Shown here piece by piece: positions 20,397-30,554 of a stretch of DNA of 64,000 nucleotides. How positions within the stretch are numbered: position 1 is the stretch's first letter; every line of letters begins with the position of its first letter. The notes under the pieces were generated by a model. The model saw nothing but the letters and a program-made list of their open reading frames with translations. It did no database searches and was not told the origin of the DNA. The stretch covers positions 1-64,000 of the forward strand of contig JASLXV010000074.1 in NCBI GenBank assembly GCA_030740155.1. Direction: 5' to 3'. This DNA is from Dehalococcoidia bacterium. GTDB lineage: Bacteria; Chloroflexota; Dehalococcoidia; Lucifugimonadales; UBA3495. The position numbers were made by a program, and so were the translations under genes.

Positions 20397-21704
20397 ATGA
20401 ACAGCAGCGACGCGGCTGCTCCAACGGTGGTGAATCCCGGGTTGCTTTCGGAAACCGGGGCTGACTCCCCATCACATGATGGCTCCCCGGCCATCTCGGT
20501 AAGGTCGTTGGACAAGGTGTTTGGGATAAGGCCCGATTTGGCCTTATCTCCGGAGTACGACGGCAAGAGCCAGGCTGACATCCTCGCCGAGATCAACTGC
20601 GTGATTGCGCTCCGCGACGTGAGCTTTGACGTCGGCTTCGGTGAGACCTTCGTGGTGATGGGCTTGTCCGGCAGCGGGAAGTCCACTTTGGTGCGCTGTC
20701 TGATCCGATTGATCGAACCCAGTTCAGGGCAGATAAGCATCAACGGCGATGACATTTGCCGGTATGACGAGAAGCAGCTCATCCAGTTGCGCCGCACCAA
20801 GGTAGCCATGGTGTTCCAGCATTACGGGCTGCTACCTCATCGAAAGATCATCGACAACGTCGCCTGGGGGCTGGAAATCCGGGGTATACCGAAGCGCCAG
20901 CGCTACGCCACCACCAAGGAAGTTATCGACCTGGTCGGCTTGACCGGCTGGGAAAACGCCCTCCCGCACGAGTTGAGCGGCGGCATGCAGCAGCGCGTCG
21001 GCCTGGCCCGCGCCCTGGCGGTGGACCCGGACATCCTGCTGCTAGACGAGCCGTTCAGCGGGCTGGACCCGCTGATTCGCCGCAACATGCAGGACGAGTT
21101 GCTCCGGCTACAGCAGCAACTCCACAAGACCATCGTCTTCATCACCCATGACCTGAACGAGGCCATGAAGATCGGCGACCGGATCGCCATCATGCGCGAG
21201 GGCCGCATCGTTCAGACAGGCAGCCCTGAAGACATTATCTTGTATCCCGCCGATGATTACGTCAGTGACTTCACCCGGGACGTGCGCCGGGAGTCCATCC
21301 TCACCGCGGCCATCGTCATGGAGAAATCCCGCGCCGTTATCATGCAGCATCAGGGGCCCGACGCGGCGGTCAAAACCATGAACCGCAATAACGTCAACTA
21401 TTGCTCGGTGGTGGATAGCAGCTATCTCAATCTTGGCATCGTCAGCCTGGAGTGGGCGCAGGCCGCGGCCAATCAAGGGGTCAACAGCGTTGGTGAGAAC
21501 CTGGAATCCGACGCCGCCACGGTCATGATGGATACGCCCTTCGAGGAGCTGATCCCCCTCAGCCTGGCCTCGGAGCACCCCCTGTGCGTCGTTGACGAGC
21601 AGGGCAAGCTGGTTGGGGAGATCAGCCGGGCCGCCGTTGCGGCCAAACTCAACGAGAGCGGCTCGGAAGATGCCCCTTCCGGCAACGGCAGCGAGAGCGA
21701 GTAA
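20397..21704 (+). CDS. proV: glycine betaine/proline ABC transporter ATPase with CBS-like C-terminus
   Basis: GLSGSGKST, LSGGMQQRVGLARAL, LDEPFSGLDPLIR. Confidence 0.92.
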   Translation: MNSSDAAAPTVVNPGLLSETGADSPSHDGSPAISVRSLDKVFGIRPDLALSPEYDGKSQADILAEINCVIALRDVSFDVGFGETFVVMGLSGSGKSTLVRCLIRLIEPSSGQISINGDDICRYDEKQLIQLRRTKVAMVFQHYGLLPHRKIIDNVAWGLEIRGIPKRQRYATTKEVIDLVGLTGWENALPHELSGGMQQRVGLARALAVDPDILLLDEPFSGLDPLIRRNMQDELLRLQQQLHKTIVFITHDLNEAMKIGDRIAIMREGRIVQTGSPEDIILYPADDYVSDFTRDVRRESILTAAIVMEKSRAVIMQHQGPDAAVKTMNRNNVNYCSVVDSSYLNLGIVSLEWAQAAANQGVNSVGENLESDAATVMMDTPFEELIPLSLASEHPLCVVDEQGKLVGEISRAAVAAKLNESGSEDAPSGNGSESE

Positions 21705-21845
21705 AGGAAGTGGCACTTTGCCGGACCTTTTTGGATCAACCAGTGGTTAACGGCGCCGCGCTTCGATCGAATATCTAGGCAAACATCTTGGCAAACATAC
21801 AGGGCTTCGCGGGTATAACCCGGACCTGGAGGCAAGCAGAGAGTC

Positions 21846-22709
21846 ATGTGGGAGTTTCCTGAAAGCTGGGAGTTCGGGCACGAACTCTCCGGGTGGATCG
21901 ATGATGCGGTGGACTGGGTGGTGGTGAACGGAGACCCGATCTTCGACTTCATCAACATCGTGATCCTGCGGTACCTTATGGGTCCAATAGAAGACCTGCT
22001 TCTGTGGCTGCCCTGGTGGCTATTGGTAGCGGGCACCGGGGTCTTGGCCTGGAGGATAGTCGGGTGGAAGATAGGGTCAATTGTCACAGTGCTGACTCTA
22101 GTCCTGGCTTTCCTGGGCCTCTTCGACCTGGCGATGCAGACCCTGGCCATTGTCCTCGTCGCCACGGTGATAGCCGTGGGGCTGGGGCTGCCCCTGGGCA
22201 TTCTGGGCGCAAAGAGCAACCAATTCGACGCCGCCATACGCCCCGTCCTGGACGGCATGCAGACCCTGCCCAGCTTCGTTTACCTGGTTCCGGCTATCAT
22301 GCTGTTTGGTCTGGGAAAGACGCCCGCGGTGATGGCCGTGGTCATCTACTCGATTCCACCCATAATCCGGCTGACGAACCTGGGGATCCGGCAGGTGGAC
22401 CCGGAGGTGGTGGAGGCGGCCCGGTCTTTCGGTTCCACTTCCCGCCAAATCCTCGCCAAAGTCCAGCTTCCCATGGCACTGCCCACCGTCATGGCCGGCG
22501 TCAACCAGACGATCATGATGGCGTTGGCCATGGTGGTGATCGCGTCCATGATTGGGGCCAAAGGCCTGGGCGTCGAGGTGCTCAACGGCATCGCCCGGCT
22601 TGAGGTGGGCAGAGGCTTCCTGGGCGGCCTTGGGATCGTAATAATGGCCATTGTCATCGACCGAATCACCCAGGGTCTGGCCAAAACCAGGCAGAGAGCC
22701 TCTGATTAG
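21846..22709 (+). CDS. proW: glycine betaine/proline ABC permease
   Basis: LDGMQTLPSFVYL, EAARSFG, AGVNQTIMMAL. Confidence 0.92.
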   Translation: MWEFPESWEFGHELSGWIDDAVDWVVVNGDPIFDFINIVILRYLMGPIEDLLLWLPWWLLVAGTGVLAWRIVGWKIGSIVTVLTLVLAFLGLFDLAMQTLAIVLVATVIAVGLGLPLGILGAKSNQFDAAIRPVLDGMQTLPSFVYLVPAIMLFGLGKTPAVMAVVIYSIPPIIRLTNLGIRQVDPEVVEAARSFGSTSRQILAKVQLPMALPTVMAGVNQTIMMALAMVVIASMIGAKGLGVEVLNGIARLEVGRGFLGGLGIVIMAIVIDRITQGLAKTRQRASD

Positions 22710-22814
22710 CGCAACAGTTCGATTTAGCAGCATCGGGAACTAGCCCTAGACAAGAGCGGTCAATCAGCAAGTCCGGCCAGCCGCGCCGCCGCGGCATCAC
22801 ACGAGGAGGTTTGT

Positions 22815-23849
22815 ATGCTATTACTTCAGCGCTTTTGGAAACCGACTGCGATATTCCTGGCCCTTCTGATATTGCCTCTGGTCGCCATGGCCTGCGGCGA
22901 GGATGAAGAAAAACCGGTAATCAAGTTTGCCGACCAGCAATTCGAATCCCTCTGGATCAACAACGCCATCGCCCAGTTCATTATCAAGAACGGATACGGC
23001 TACCCCGTCGAATCAATCGAGATGACCACGCCTATCATGCAGGCCACGCTGGCCAACGGGGACATAGACGTCGCTTTGGAGCTGTGGCAGCAGAACTTCC
23101 TCGAGAACTACAATGAGGAGATCGCCAAAGGCAGCTACGTCAACCTGGGCCCGACCTACGAGGGCGGTCCCCAGTTTTTCGCGATCCCCAGCTACGTCCA
23201 CGATCAGTACGGGATCAACACGGTCTTCGACATGAAAGAGCATTGGGAGCTGTTCAAGGACCCCGAGGACCCCAGCAAGGGCGCTTTCATCAATTGCATC
23301 ATCGGCTGGCAATGCGCCGAGATCAACATGGTTAAGATGGAGGCCTACGGGCTGACCGAGATGTACAACGTTATCTCTCCGGGCGCGGCAGCAGCCATGG
23401 ACGCCGCAATGGCCGGAGCGCAAAAGAAGACGGAGCCGGTGTTCGGCTACTACTGGGCCCCCACCTCCCTGATGGGCGCCTACGACTGGTGGATTCTGGA
23501 GGAGCCGGCCTATAACGCAGAGACCTGGGCCAAGATAGCGGCGGCGCAAGTTGACAAGAGCCTGCGGCCCCTCTCTGAGGCCGTCGCTTACGAGACCCTC
23601 CCCGTCGATAAGGGGGTCCACAAAACCCTGAATGACAAGGCACCCGACATCTATGAATTTCTCTCGAAGATGAACATCGGGTTGGAGCCAATCAACAAAA
23701 CCGCTGCCTGGGCCGTGGAAACCGACATCCAGGGCGAGTGGGATAAGGCAGCCATCTACTATCTGCAGAACTTCGAGGACCGGTGGTCCTCCTGGATGCC
23801 CGACAAGGAATTCAAGAAGGTGAAAGAGGCCCTGGAAGACGCCTCCTAG
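22815..23849 (+). CDS. proX: glycine betaine-type ABC substrate-binding lipoprotein
   Basis: Lipobox AMAC; GYGYPVE, CIIGWQC, GYYWAP; operon context. Confidence 0.85.
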   Translation: MLLLQRFWKPTAIFLALLILPLVAMACGEDEEKPVIKFADQQFESLWINNAIAQFIIKNGYGYPVESIEMTTPIMQATLANGDIDVALELWQQNFLENYNEEIAKGSYVNLGPTYEGGPQFFAIPSYVHDQYGINTVFDMKEHWELFKDPEDPSKGAFINCIIGWQCAEINMVKMEAYGLTEMYNVISPGAAAAMDAAMAGAQKKTEPVFGYYWAPTSLMGAYDWWILEEPAYNAETWAKIAAAQVDKSLRPLSEAVAYETLPVDKGVHKTLNDKAPDIYEFLSKMNIGLEPINKTAAWAVETDIQGEWDKAAIYYLQNFEDRWSSWMPDKEFKKVKEALEDAS

Positions 23850-23897
23850 CACCGGTGCAGGAGAGGTCTCCTGAAGTTACACATCAAGTGGTGAATG

Positions 23898-23933
23898 CAG
23901 TAGGGGCGGGTATGAAACCCGCCCCTACTGTTT
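23898..23933 (+). terminator. GTAG-type REP-like hairpin, likely terminator
   Basis: CAGTAGGGGCGGGT-ATGAA-ACCCGCCCCTACTG followed by TTT, between convergent genes. Confidence 0.7.
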
Positions 23934-23990
23934 CAGGACCGCCATCGCAGCACTGACAGGGTGGCCCGGACCGGGTCACCCTCCGGTTTT

Positions 23991-25469
23991 TCAGGCGCCT
24001 TCTCGCTCCGATTCGCCGCCCCCCATCGCCAGGGCCGGCAGGATCGCCACCAGGGCCACGCCCCCGGCCACCCGGAAAAAGTTGTGGAACAGGGAGAGCC
24101 CGGCGGCTGTTATCCGGTCGTTGTACTCTGCCAGCCGGGCTTCAATCACCCCCGCGGCCTCCCCCGCCTCGGGCAGCGGCAGCACCAGCCCGGCGGTCAG
24201 TGTCTGGAAGTGCTCCACACCCCAGGCCGAGAGAGCCGCCAGCCCCAGGGTCATCCCCATCATCCGCGCCACCACCACCAGCGAGGCGACCGTGCCCCGG
24301 TAGTCCTCGCCGACCGAGTCCAGGGCCCGGGTCATGATCGGCGTGTTGTTCATGCCGAAGCCGAAGCCGGCGATCACCAGATCCACGGTCAGCCACGGCT
24401 CGGCAATATCCAAATCCCAGCCGCTCACCAGGAAGAGGCCCAGGGCGCTCATCCCCAGGCCCAGGGCGGCCACCGGTCGGGCGCCGATAGACCCCAGAAG
24501 CCTACCACCCACGATGGCGCCCACGGGGATCGCCACCGTCAGCCGCAGCAGCCACATCGCGCCGGTCAGGGGCTCTTTCCCCATAACCGTGCCGGCCATC
24601 AGCGGAACCGTGACCATGGCGATGATCAACGCCACGCCTTCCAGAAGCTGGGTCACGTTGGCCGCCACAAACGACCGGGACCGGAATAGAAACGAGGCCA
24701 GCAAGGGTTGCCAGGCACGGCGCTCCACAATCACCAGGAGCCCCACCAACACCAACCCGGGGGCGGCGATGATAAACGGGGACGATGACGACAGGGTGAA
24801 CAGGCCCTGTCGCGATACCGCCAGAGACAGGACCAGCAGAGTGGCCACCAGGAGCGCACCGCCCAGGTAGTCCACCCGCCCTCCGGCGTTGCGCTGATTA
24901 GGCAACCAACCCAGGGCCACGAAAAGTACCGCGCTCTGGGGCAGATTGAGCCAGAAGATCCAACGCCAATCCAGCAACTCGATGATGGCGCCGCCGTAGC
25001 CCGGCCCCAGCATGGATCCAGCCTCGGCCGCCGCGATCACGATCCCCAGCGCCATGCCGCGGCTGCGCTCCGGCAGGGCCGTACTGGCGATGGCCAGGCC
25101 GATGGGCACGGTGGCCCCTCCGCCGACGGCCTGTACCACCCGGGCCGCCACCATCCATTCCAGGTTTGGGGAAACTGCAACCAGGGCGGTGCCGATGCTA
25201 AATACCACCAGCGCCCCACGGTAGACCAGGGAGTAGCCGTAGACGTCCCCAAGCCTGCCGATCAAGGGCATCGCCACGGTATAGCCCAGCAGATACCCGG
25301 TAACTATCCAGGAGACCCGGTCGAGTTCGGAAAAGGGTATCTTGAGGTCCAGCATGACGCTGGGTACTGCGGTAACCACCACCGTCTGGTCCAGGGCGGT
25401 GACGAAGGCGCCCAGACCGATAATGGTCAACACCAGAGGGGCGGCCAAGCTGCGCCGCGCGCCTTGCAT
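23991..25469 (-). CDS. DHA2/14-TM MFS transporter (P55/Rv1410c-like)
   Basis: LDQTVVVTA, GRLGDVYG, ARVVQAVGGG, WRWIFWLNLP. Confidence 0.88.
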   Translation of the reverse strand: MQGARRSLAAPLVLTIIGLGAFVTALDQTVVVTAVPSVMLDLKIPFSELDRVSWIVTGYLLGYTVAMPLIGRLGDVYGYSLVYRGALVVFSIGTALVAVSPNLEWMVAARVVQAVGGGATVPIGLAIASTALPERSRGMALGIVIAAAEAGSMLGPGYGGAIIELLDWRWIFWLNLPQSAVLFVALGWLPNQRNAGGRVDYLGGALLVATLLVLSLAVSRQGLFTLSSSSPFIIAAPGLVLVGLLVIVERRAWQPLLASFLFRSRSFVAANVTQLLEGVALIIAMVTVPLMAGTVMGKEPLTGAMWLLRLTVAIPVGAIVGGRLLGSIGARPVAALGLGMSALGLFLVSGWDLDIAEPWLTVDLVIAGFGFGMNNTPIMTRALDSVGEDYRGTVASLVVVARMMGMTLGLAALSAWGVEHFQTLTAGLVLPLPEAGEAAGVIEARLAEYNDRITAAGLSLFHNFFRVAGGVALVAILPALAMGGGESEREGA

Positions 25470-25482
25470 GAGGTCGCCGCCC

Positions 25483-26208
25483 CTATTCCGGCGCGGTGAT
25501 GTTTACCGGGACATTTATTTCGTCCAGGGTCAGCAGCCTCACGGCGTCGGGGATGTCGGTGGGAAGCACCTGGCCGGAGATGCGCACCTGTAGCAGCAAC
25601 TTTCGCGACTGTTCCAGCCACAGGTCCAGATCTACGGCAAAGCCTTCTCCCGCGCCGGGCACCAGGCTGGATAGGGCCTCGGACTTGATTCGACCTTCGA
25701 TCTGGTAGGTGTCGTACGCTTGCAATCGCTCGGATCCGGCGACGGTGGGTTCCTCCACCGCTCCGATGATGTCGGCTAGGGTCCGGCCCAGATCGGCAAA
25801 CCTGACGGGCAGCGTTTCCGGCGGTACCTCGCGCCAGTCGCCGGTGAGCAGGTCTGTCATGTAGGCCTCATCTCCAATGGTTATAAAGCTGGCTTCTATG
25901 AATGATCGCGGGAAGGCCAGCTCCCCCTCCACGGCCAAAGAGACCCGGTCGGGAATCTCCACAAGGCCGGCCGCTTTCATCATCTCCAGGCCCGGAAACA
26001 GGGTCGTGCTGCCCTTTTCGTGGTTCAGGATGAACCGGGCCGATTCCAGCTGCAGGACCTCGACCGCAGCCTGGTTCAAAGCGGCCCCGGCATCAATTGC
26101 CGGCCCCGGGGTCGGCGTCGGGCTGGTGGTTACCGTTGAACCGCAGCCCACCGTCAGGACCGCGGTCAGTACGGCGCAAGTTGCCACGCCCTTGAGTCGA
26201 GCTTTCAT
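25483..26208 (-). CDS. LppX/LprAFG-like lipoprotein
   Basis: Lipobox TVGC; LolA-like beta pattern; C-terminal INVPVNITAP; directly upstream of the MFS gene. Confidence 0.75.
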   Translation of the reverse strand: MKARLKGVATCAVLTAVLTVGCGSTVTTSPTPTPGPAIDAGAALNQAAVEVLQLESARFILNHEKGSTTLFPGLEMMKAAGLVEIPDRVSLAVEGELAFPRSFIEASFITIGDEAYMTDLLTGDWREVPPETLPVRFADLGRTLADIIGAVEEPTVAGSERLQAYDTYQIEGRIKSEALSSLVPGAGEGFAVDLDLWLEQSRKLLLQVRISGQVLPTDIPDAVRLLTLDEINVPVNITAPE

Positions 26209-26639
26209 GCCGCCTTGGCATCCCCTACCGGCCCTATGTCCGCCGTCCGGTCCACCAGCTCTCCCGCTAACCGTTCCAAACATCGCAACAGTGAACAACC
26301 TAAGCTACCTCAACTCCGGGAAGGGCGTGTTGGTGTCTCTGCATCTACCGCCCGGGGACCACCAATAGCCTCCAGGCTGCGTTTGGCCGGGAGTTGCCGT
26401 CTGGCTTGTTTTGAACGGCTTGCCAGTCAAAAGTCCTAACCGATTCTATGATGGCGGCAAATGACCCGTCAGCGACGACATAGCTGCATCAGAGGGCCGG
26501 TCCCCGGTGCGAGACAGGCCCAACATTGCCGCGTATCGGGCCCCTTCCAGGTTGCCCAAGCATACCACCGCATGCCCGTGGGTAGCAACGAACCATCTAC
26601 CCCGGCAGATCGGCCCTTTGCCCGAATAGCTTCCTTTGG

Positions 26640-26915
26640 TAACACCCATAATCTCGTGGATAACCATGGATAACGGTGGATAACAGCCTGCTAATCATGA
26701 ACAGAAATGAAAGCGATGTGAATAGAATTACCTTGCCTATCCGCTTCTTCCCGGAAGCTCGAAAGACCCGCTGCTTGTCCACCTGGATAACCAACTTATC
26801 AACACCCTCTCACCGCTACTCCATGTTAGAATAAAGGCAGTCCACCAGACGCCAGATAGCAGACATAGCTGTTGTGCATCGTATCCACACCTTTATTACT
26901 ATTACTGTAGTTTCC
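26640..26915. other. putative chromosomal replication origin (oriC)
   Basis: DnaA-box-like 9-mers at 26655, 26665, 26675 (nnTGGATAA, 10-bp period), 26775, 26782, 26796, 26881; GTATCCACA-CC-TTTATTACTATTACT DnaA-trio-like tract; locally AT-rich. Confidence 0.75.
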
Positions 26916-26922
26916 ATAACAT

Positions 26923-28224
26923 ATGATTGATACAGCAAGATTGAACATAAAAGCAGGAAACGGCGGCAACGGCTGCTGTAGCTTCTTGAGGGAACGTTTC
27001 AAGCCAAGGGGCGGACCTGATGGAGGAGATGGTGGCGCCGGAGGCAGTGCCTTTATCGTTGGCGATCCTTCTCTGAACACGTTGCGCCACATCAAGTTCA
27101 ACAGCACGATATATGTCGCTGGCGGCGGTCATGGCAAGGGCAAGGACCGCCGAGGCGCCAATGGGGAAGATACCATCATTTCAGTCCCCATTGGAACCGA
27201 GGTTTCCCGCTGGCACAAGGATGGCACCAGGGAGTTGCTGTTCGATGTGGTGGGGATGGAGCCGCAGCTCGTTACCCAGGGAGGAAAGGGAGGCTTCGGG
27301 AATGCTCATTATGTGTCGGCGACGAATCAGGAGCCGGTGCTGTACGAGCGGGGTGAACGGGGCGAGTATGTAGTGTTGTTTCTTGAATTGAAGTTGGTGG
27401 CTGATGTAGGCCTGATAGCCTGCCCCAATGCTGGAAAGTCAACGCTTATTTCACGATGCTCTGCCGCCGAGCCCAGAGTGGCCGGGTATCCGTTTACCAC
27501 CGTGGAGCCGGTATTGGGTGTCGTGAGCAGCCGAGGCTACACCTTCGTCATGATGGAAGTGCCCGGTTTGGTGGAAGGGGCCCACAAGGGAGTGGGCCTG
27601 GGGCATCAGTTCCTGCGGCATGCGGAGCGGGTACGGGTCTATGTACACCTTGTTGATGGAATGTCGGAGGACCCGGTAGGTGATTTTGAGATGGTTACTG
27701 CCGAGCTGCGCCGGTTCAGTCCCGCGATGGTTGAAAAGCCGCTGCTGGTGGCGTTGAATAAGATTGACGTGACTGAGGTACGGGAGAACCGGGATGCGGT
27801 CGTCGCCGGTCTGGAAAAAGCGACGCGCGCACTGCCGGTGACCGGGCCCCAGGGGAATCCAGTGCCGGTGGTCTCAATATCGGCGGCCACGGGCGAGGGG
27901 GTAGAAGCACTCCTCGGCAAGGTCGTGGAGGTGCTGGATACCGCGCCGAGAGAGGGGCTGGCCCCGGTGGGGATTCATGAGCCAGTCGGCCGGGCGAGTA
28001 GGCCGAGTGCCCGTGAGGTGGTCTATAAAGAAGCGGGTGTGTACGTAGTGGAGTCGGAGCCACTCGAAAGGCTGGCGGCGTTGGCCGATACCAGAGACCG
28101 GCGGGTCATTTTGCAACTGTGGCGAGAGATGAGGCGCCGGGGACTGGCCCTGCAGCTTATGGAGGCTGGAATCGAGTTCGGAGATACTATACGAATCGGA
28201 AGGGTAGAGGTTGAGTGGTTCTAG
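26923..28224 (+). CDS. obgE: GTPase ObgE/CgtA
   Basis: GGPDGGDGG, PNAGKST, YPFTT, GLGHQFLRH, NKID, C-terminal GDTIRIG. Confidence 0.95.
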   Translation: MIDTARLNIKAGNGGNGCCSFLRERFKPRGGPDGGDGGAGGSAFIVGDPSLNTLRHIKFNSTIYVAGGGHGKGKDRRGANGEDTIISVPIGTEVSRWHKDGTRELLFDVVGMEPQLVTQGGKGGFGNAHYVSATNQEPVLYERGERGEYVVLFLELKLVADVGLIACPNAGKSTLISRCSAAEPRVAGYPFTTVEPVLGVVSSRGYTFVMMEVPGLVEGAHKGVGLGHQFLRHAERVRVYVHLVDGMSEDPVGDFEMVTAELRRFSPAMVEKPLLVALNKIDVTEVRENRDAVVAGLEKATRALPVTGPQGNPVPVVSISAATGEGVEALLGKVVEVLDTAPREGLAPVGIHEPVGRASRPSAREVVYKEAGVYVVESEPLERLAALADTRDRRVILQLWREMRRRGLALQLMEAGIEFGDTIRIGRVEVEWF

Positions 28225-28225
28225 G

Positions 28226-29425
28226 ATGCGGATAGGTGTTCTGGGTGGCACGTTCGACCCAGTTCACCTGGGTCACTTGAGCATGGCGGAGGAGGCCCGT
28301 ATCCAGCTTGGGCTGGAGCGGGTGCTTTTCTTACCGGCCGGCCGGCCGTGGCTGAAGGAAGAGCAACCACTTACCGCGGTCCAACACCGGGTCAACATGG
28401 TGCGGCTGGCGGTGGATAACAACCCCCACTTCGAGGTATGCTTGGAGGAGATTGACCGGCCGGGACCCACCTACACCGTGGATACACTGGAGCAGTTGAC
28501 GAAGGGACTTGATTCCACGGGGAGCCTGTACTTCATTCTGGGCCTGGATGCCATGGAGCAGTTCCACCGGTGGAAGGAGCCGGGCCGGGTTGTCGAGCTG
28601 TGCCATCTGGTGGTGGTCGCCCGTCCCCTCCACCAGCGTTTCGAATGGCCGGCTTTCTTTACTCAGTACCCGCGGGCCGCCGGGAGGGTGACGGTTTTGT
28701 CGACGCCGTTGAACCCTATCAGCGGCACCGAGATTCGCCGGCGGGCTGCCGATGGGATCTCGCTGCGTTACCAGGTGCCAGAGGCCGTGGCGGAGTACAT
28801 CGAAGAGCACGAGCTTTTCAAGTCCGCCGACGCCGATGGGGTGTGGGCCACCGGCTCAGGCCAGGACAACGGGAGCCGCCTCCTTCAGGTGGCGCTGGAG
28901 CGAGGAGCGCTCAAGTACGGCGAGTTCACCCTCGTCTCGGGGAAGAAAAGCAGCTACTACTTCGATGGCCGGCTGCTGAGCCTGGACCCGGAGGGAGCAC
29001 ACCTCATAGCCCGGGCCATGCTGCCGATTCTTCGGGAAGCCGGGGCCGAAGCGGTCGGGGGGCTCACCCTGGGCGCCGACCCCATGGTCGCCGGCATAGC
29101 TCTAGCCAGCCACCTGGGGGGCGGACCGATACCTGGATTCATCGTCAGGAAGGAGGCCAAGGCCCACGGCACCCGACAGGGCATCGAGGGGCCGCTGGAG
29201 CCGGGCTGCAGCGTAGCCATCATCGACGATGTTTGTACTTCCGGAGGTTCCCTCTTTCAGGCTATCGCCGCGGTGGAAGCAGCCGGCTGCACGGTGGTCA
29301 AGGTGTTGGCCATTCTGGACCGGCGGGAAGGTGGATCGGAGGAGATTCGCCGGCTGGGCTACGACTTCGTAGCGCTTTTGCAGGCGACGCCGGAGGGCAA
29401 GATAGAGGTGTGCCGCACTCCCTGA
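28226..29425 (+). CDS. nadD-pyrE: fused nicotinate-nucleotide adenylyltransferase (NadD) and orotate phosphoribosyltransferase (PyrE)
   Basis: N-terminal GGTFDPVHLGH, ISGTEIR; C-terminal FTLVSGKKSSYYFD, RKEAKAHG, IIDDVCTSGGS; single open frame. Confidence 0.9.
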   Translation: MRIGVLGGTFDPVHLGHLSMAEEARIQLGLERVLFLPAGRPWLKEEQPLTAVQHRVNMVRLAVDNNPHFEVCLEEIDRPGPTYTVDTLEQLTKGLDSTGSLYFILGLDAMEQFHRWKEPGRVVELCHLVVVARPLHQRFEWPAFFTQYPRAAGRVTVLSTPLNPISGTEIRRRAADGISLRYQVPEAVAEYIEEHELFKSADADGVWATGSGQDNGSRLLQVALERGALKYGEFTLVSGKKSSYYFDGRLLSLDPEGAHLIARAMLPILREAGAEAVGGLTLGADPMVAGIALASHLGGGPIPGFIVRKEAKAHGTRQGIEGPLEPGCSVAIIDDVCTSGGSLFQAIAAVEAAGCTVVKVLAILDRREGGSEEIRRLGYDFVALLQATPEGKIEVCRTP

Positions 29426-29437
29426 TAGGAGCCGGAA

Positions 29438-30457
29438 TTAATCCGGACCGGGTCCGAACAGCTGGCACAGGCTCCGAATCTCGGCCACGCCTTCCGATGG
29501 CTCCTCCAGCTCCAACGTGGAGCCCTCGGCCGCGGTTCCTTTCCGTACATACGCCAGGCCGACGGTCTCCCCGGTGGCCGGGTTCGTGGCTACCGACGTG
29601 ACTTTCCCCACTTTCTGGCCGCCCAGCTCCAGAAAAGCCCCCTCAAATACGGCCGCGCCCTGGCCGAAGGTCAAGGCCACCAGATATTTCTGGACCTTCT
29701 GGTACGTGTCCAGCCGGGCGATGACCTCCTGGCCGATATAGCAGCCTTTGGCGAAGTCGATGCACCCGATAAGGCCGGCCTCCAGCGGGTTGTACTCCTC
29801 GCCGATCTCCCGGCCGTGGGACGGAATGCCCCACTGCACCCGCACCGCCTCGTAGGCATCCGCGCCCACCGGGGTGGCGCCCGATTCCACCAGCGGTTGC
29901 CACACCCGAGGGGCGTCCTCGGCCGAAACGACCAGATAGAAGCAGGGCAGCTCCGCCAACGGGTGGTGGATAATGCGGGTCTGGCATCCCCCGACGTCCG
30001 CAACCGCCGTGTGAAAGGGGGACAGGCCGTCCAGGCTGACGCGGGCAGCCGTCTCCACCGTTGCCCGGCTCGCGGGCCCAAAGACGGCCAGCATGCGGGT
30101 GGCGGCGGTCACGTCCTCGACGGCCAGGTCCTCCATTATGGTGTACTTGTCCAGCCAGTCGATCACCGTTTGCTGGGCGCCGGCGCTGGTGATGAGCAGC
30201 ACGTAGCCGCCGGTGTTGACCACGGCGACCAGGTCTAGGATCCGCCCCCGGTCGGTGGTCAGGATGGTTGGTGCGCCCTGGCCCGGTTGCAGGTCTACCA
30301 CCTTGTTGGTCGAGAGGCGGTTGAGGAGGTCGAGGGCGTCGGCGCCGGAGGCCTTGAGGCGTCCGAAATGGGAAACGTCGTGGATAGCCGAGCCCTCGGA
30401 GGCGGCCTGGTACTCGATGGCGGCGGCGGTGTGTGTTGCTGACTGTTGCACTGTCAT
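29438..30457 (-). CDS. ygfZ: YgfZ/GcvT-like folate-binding protein
   Basis: KGCYIGQEVIAR signature. Confidence 0.85.
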   Translation of the reverse strand: MTVQQSATHTAAAIEYQAASEGSAIHDVSHFGRLKASGADALDLLNRLSTNKVVDLQPGQGAPTILTTDRGRILDLVAVVNTGGYVLLITSAGAQQTVIDWLDKYTIMEDLAVEDVTAATRMLAVFGPASRATVETAARVSLDGLSPFHTAVADVGGCQTRIIHHPLAELPCFYLVVSAEDAPRVWQPLVESGATPVGADAYEAVRVQWGIPSHGREIGEEYNPLEAGLIGCIDFAKGCYIGQEVIARLDTYQKVQKYLVALTFGQGAAVFEGAFLELGGQKVGKVTSVATNPATGETVGLAYVRKGTAAEGSTLELEEPSEGVAEIRSLCQLFGPGPD

Positions 30458-30554
30458 GGTTAGCCCGCAAGTCTCCGGAGGTGAGCCAGGCTAGATACGA
30501 CGCGTCGCCTCCCGAGGCAATTGCGGCGGCGATCGAATGTCCGGGCCGACGGCG

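Noticed and set aside
26210..26640. dnaA remnant next to the origin
   Set aside because: No DnaA-like translation seen in the short ORFs
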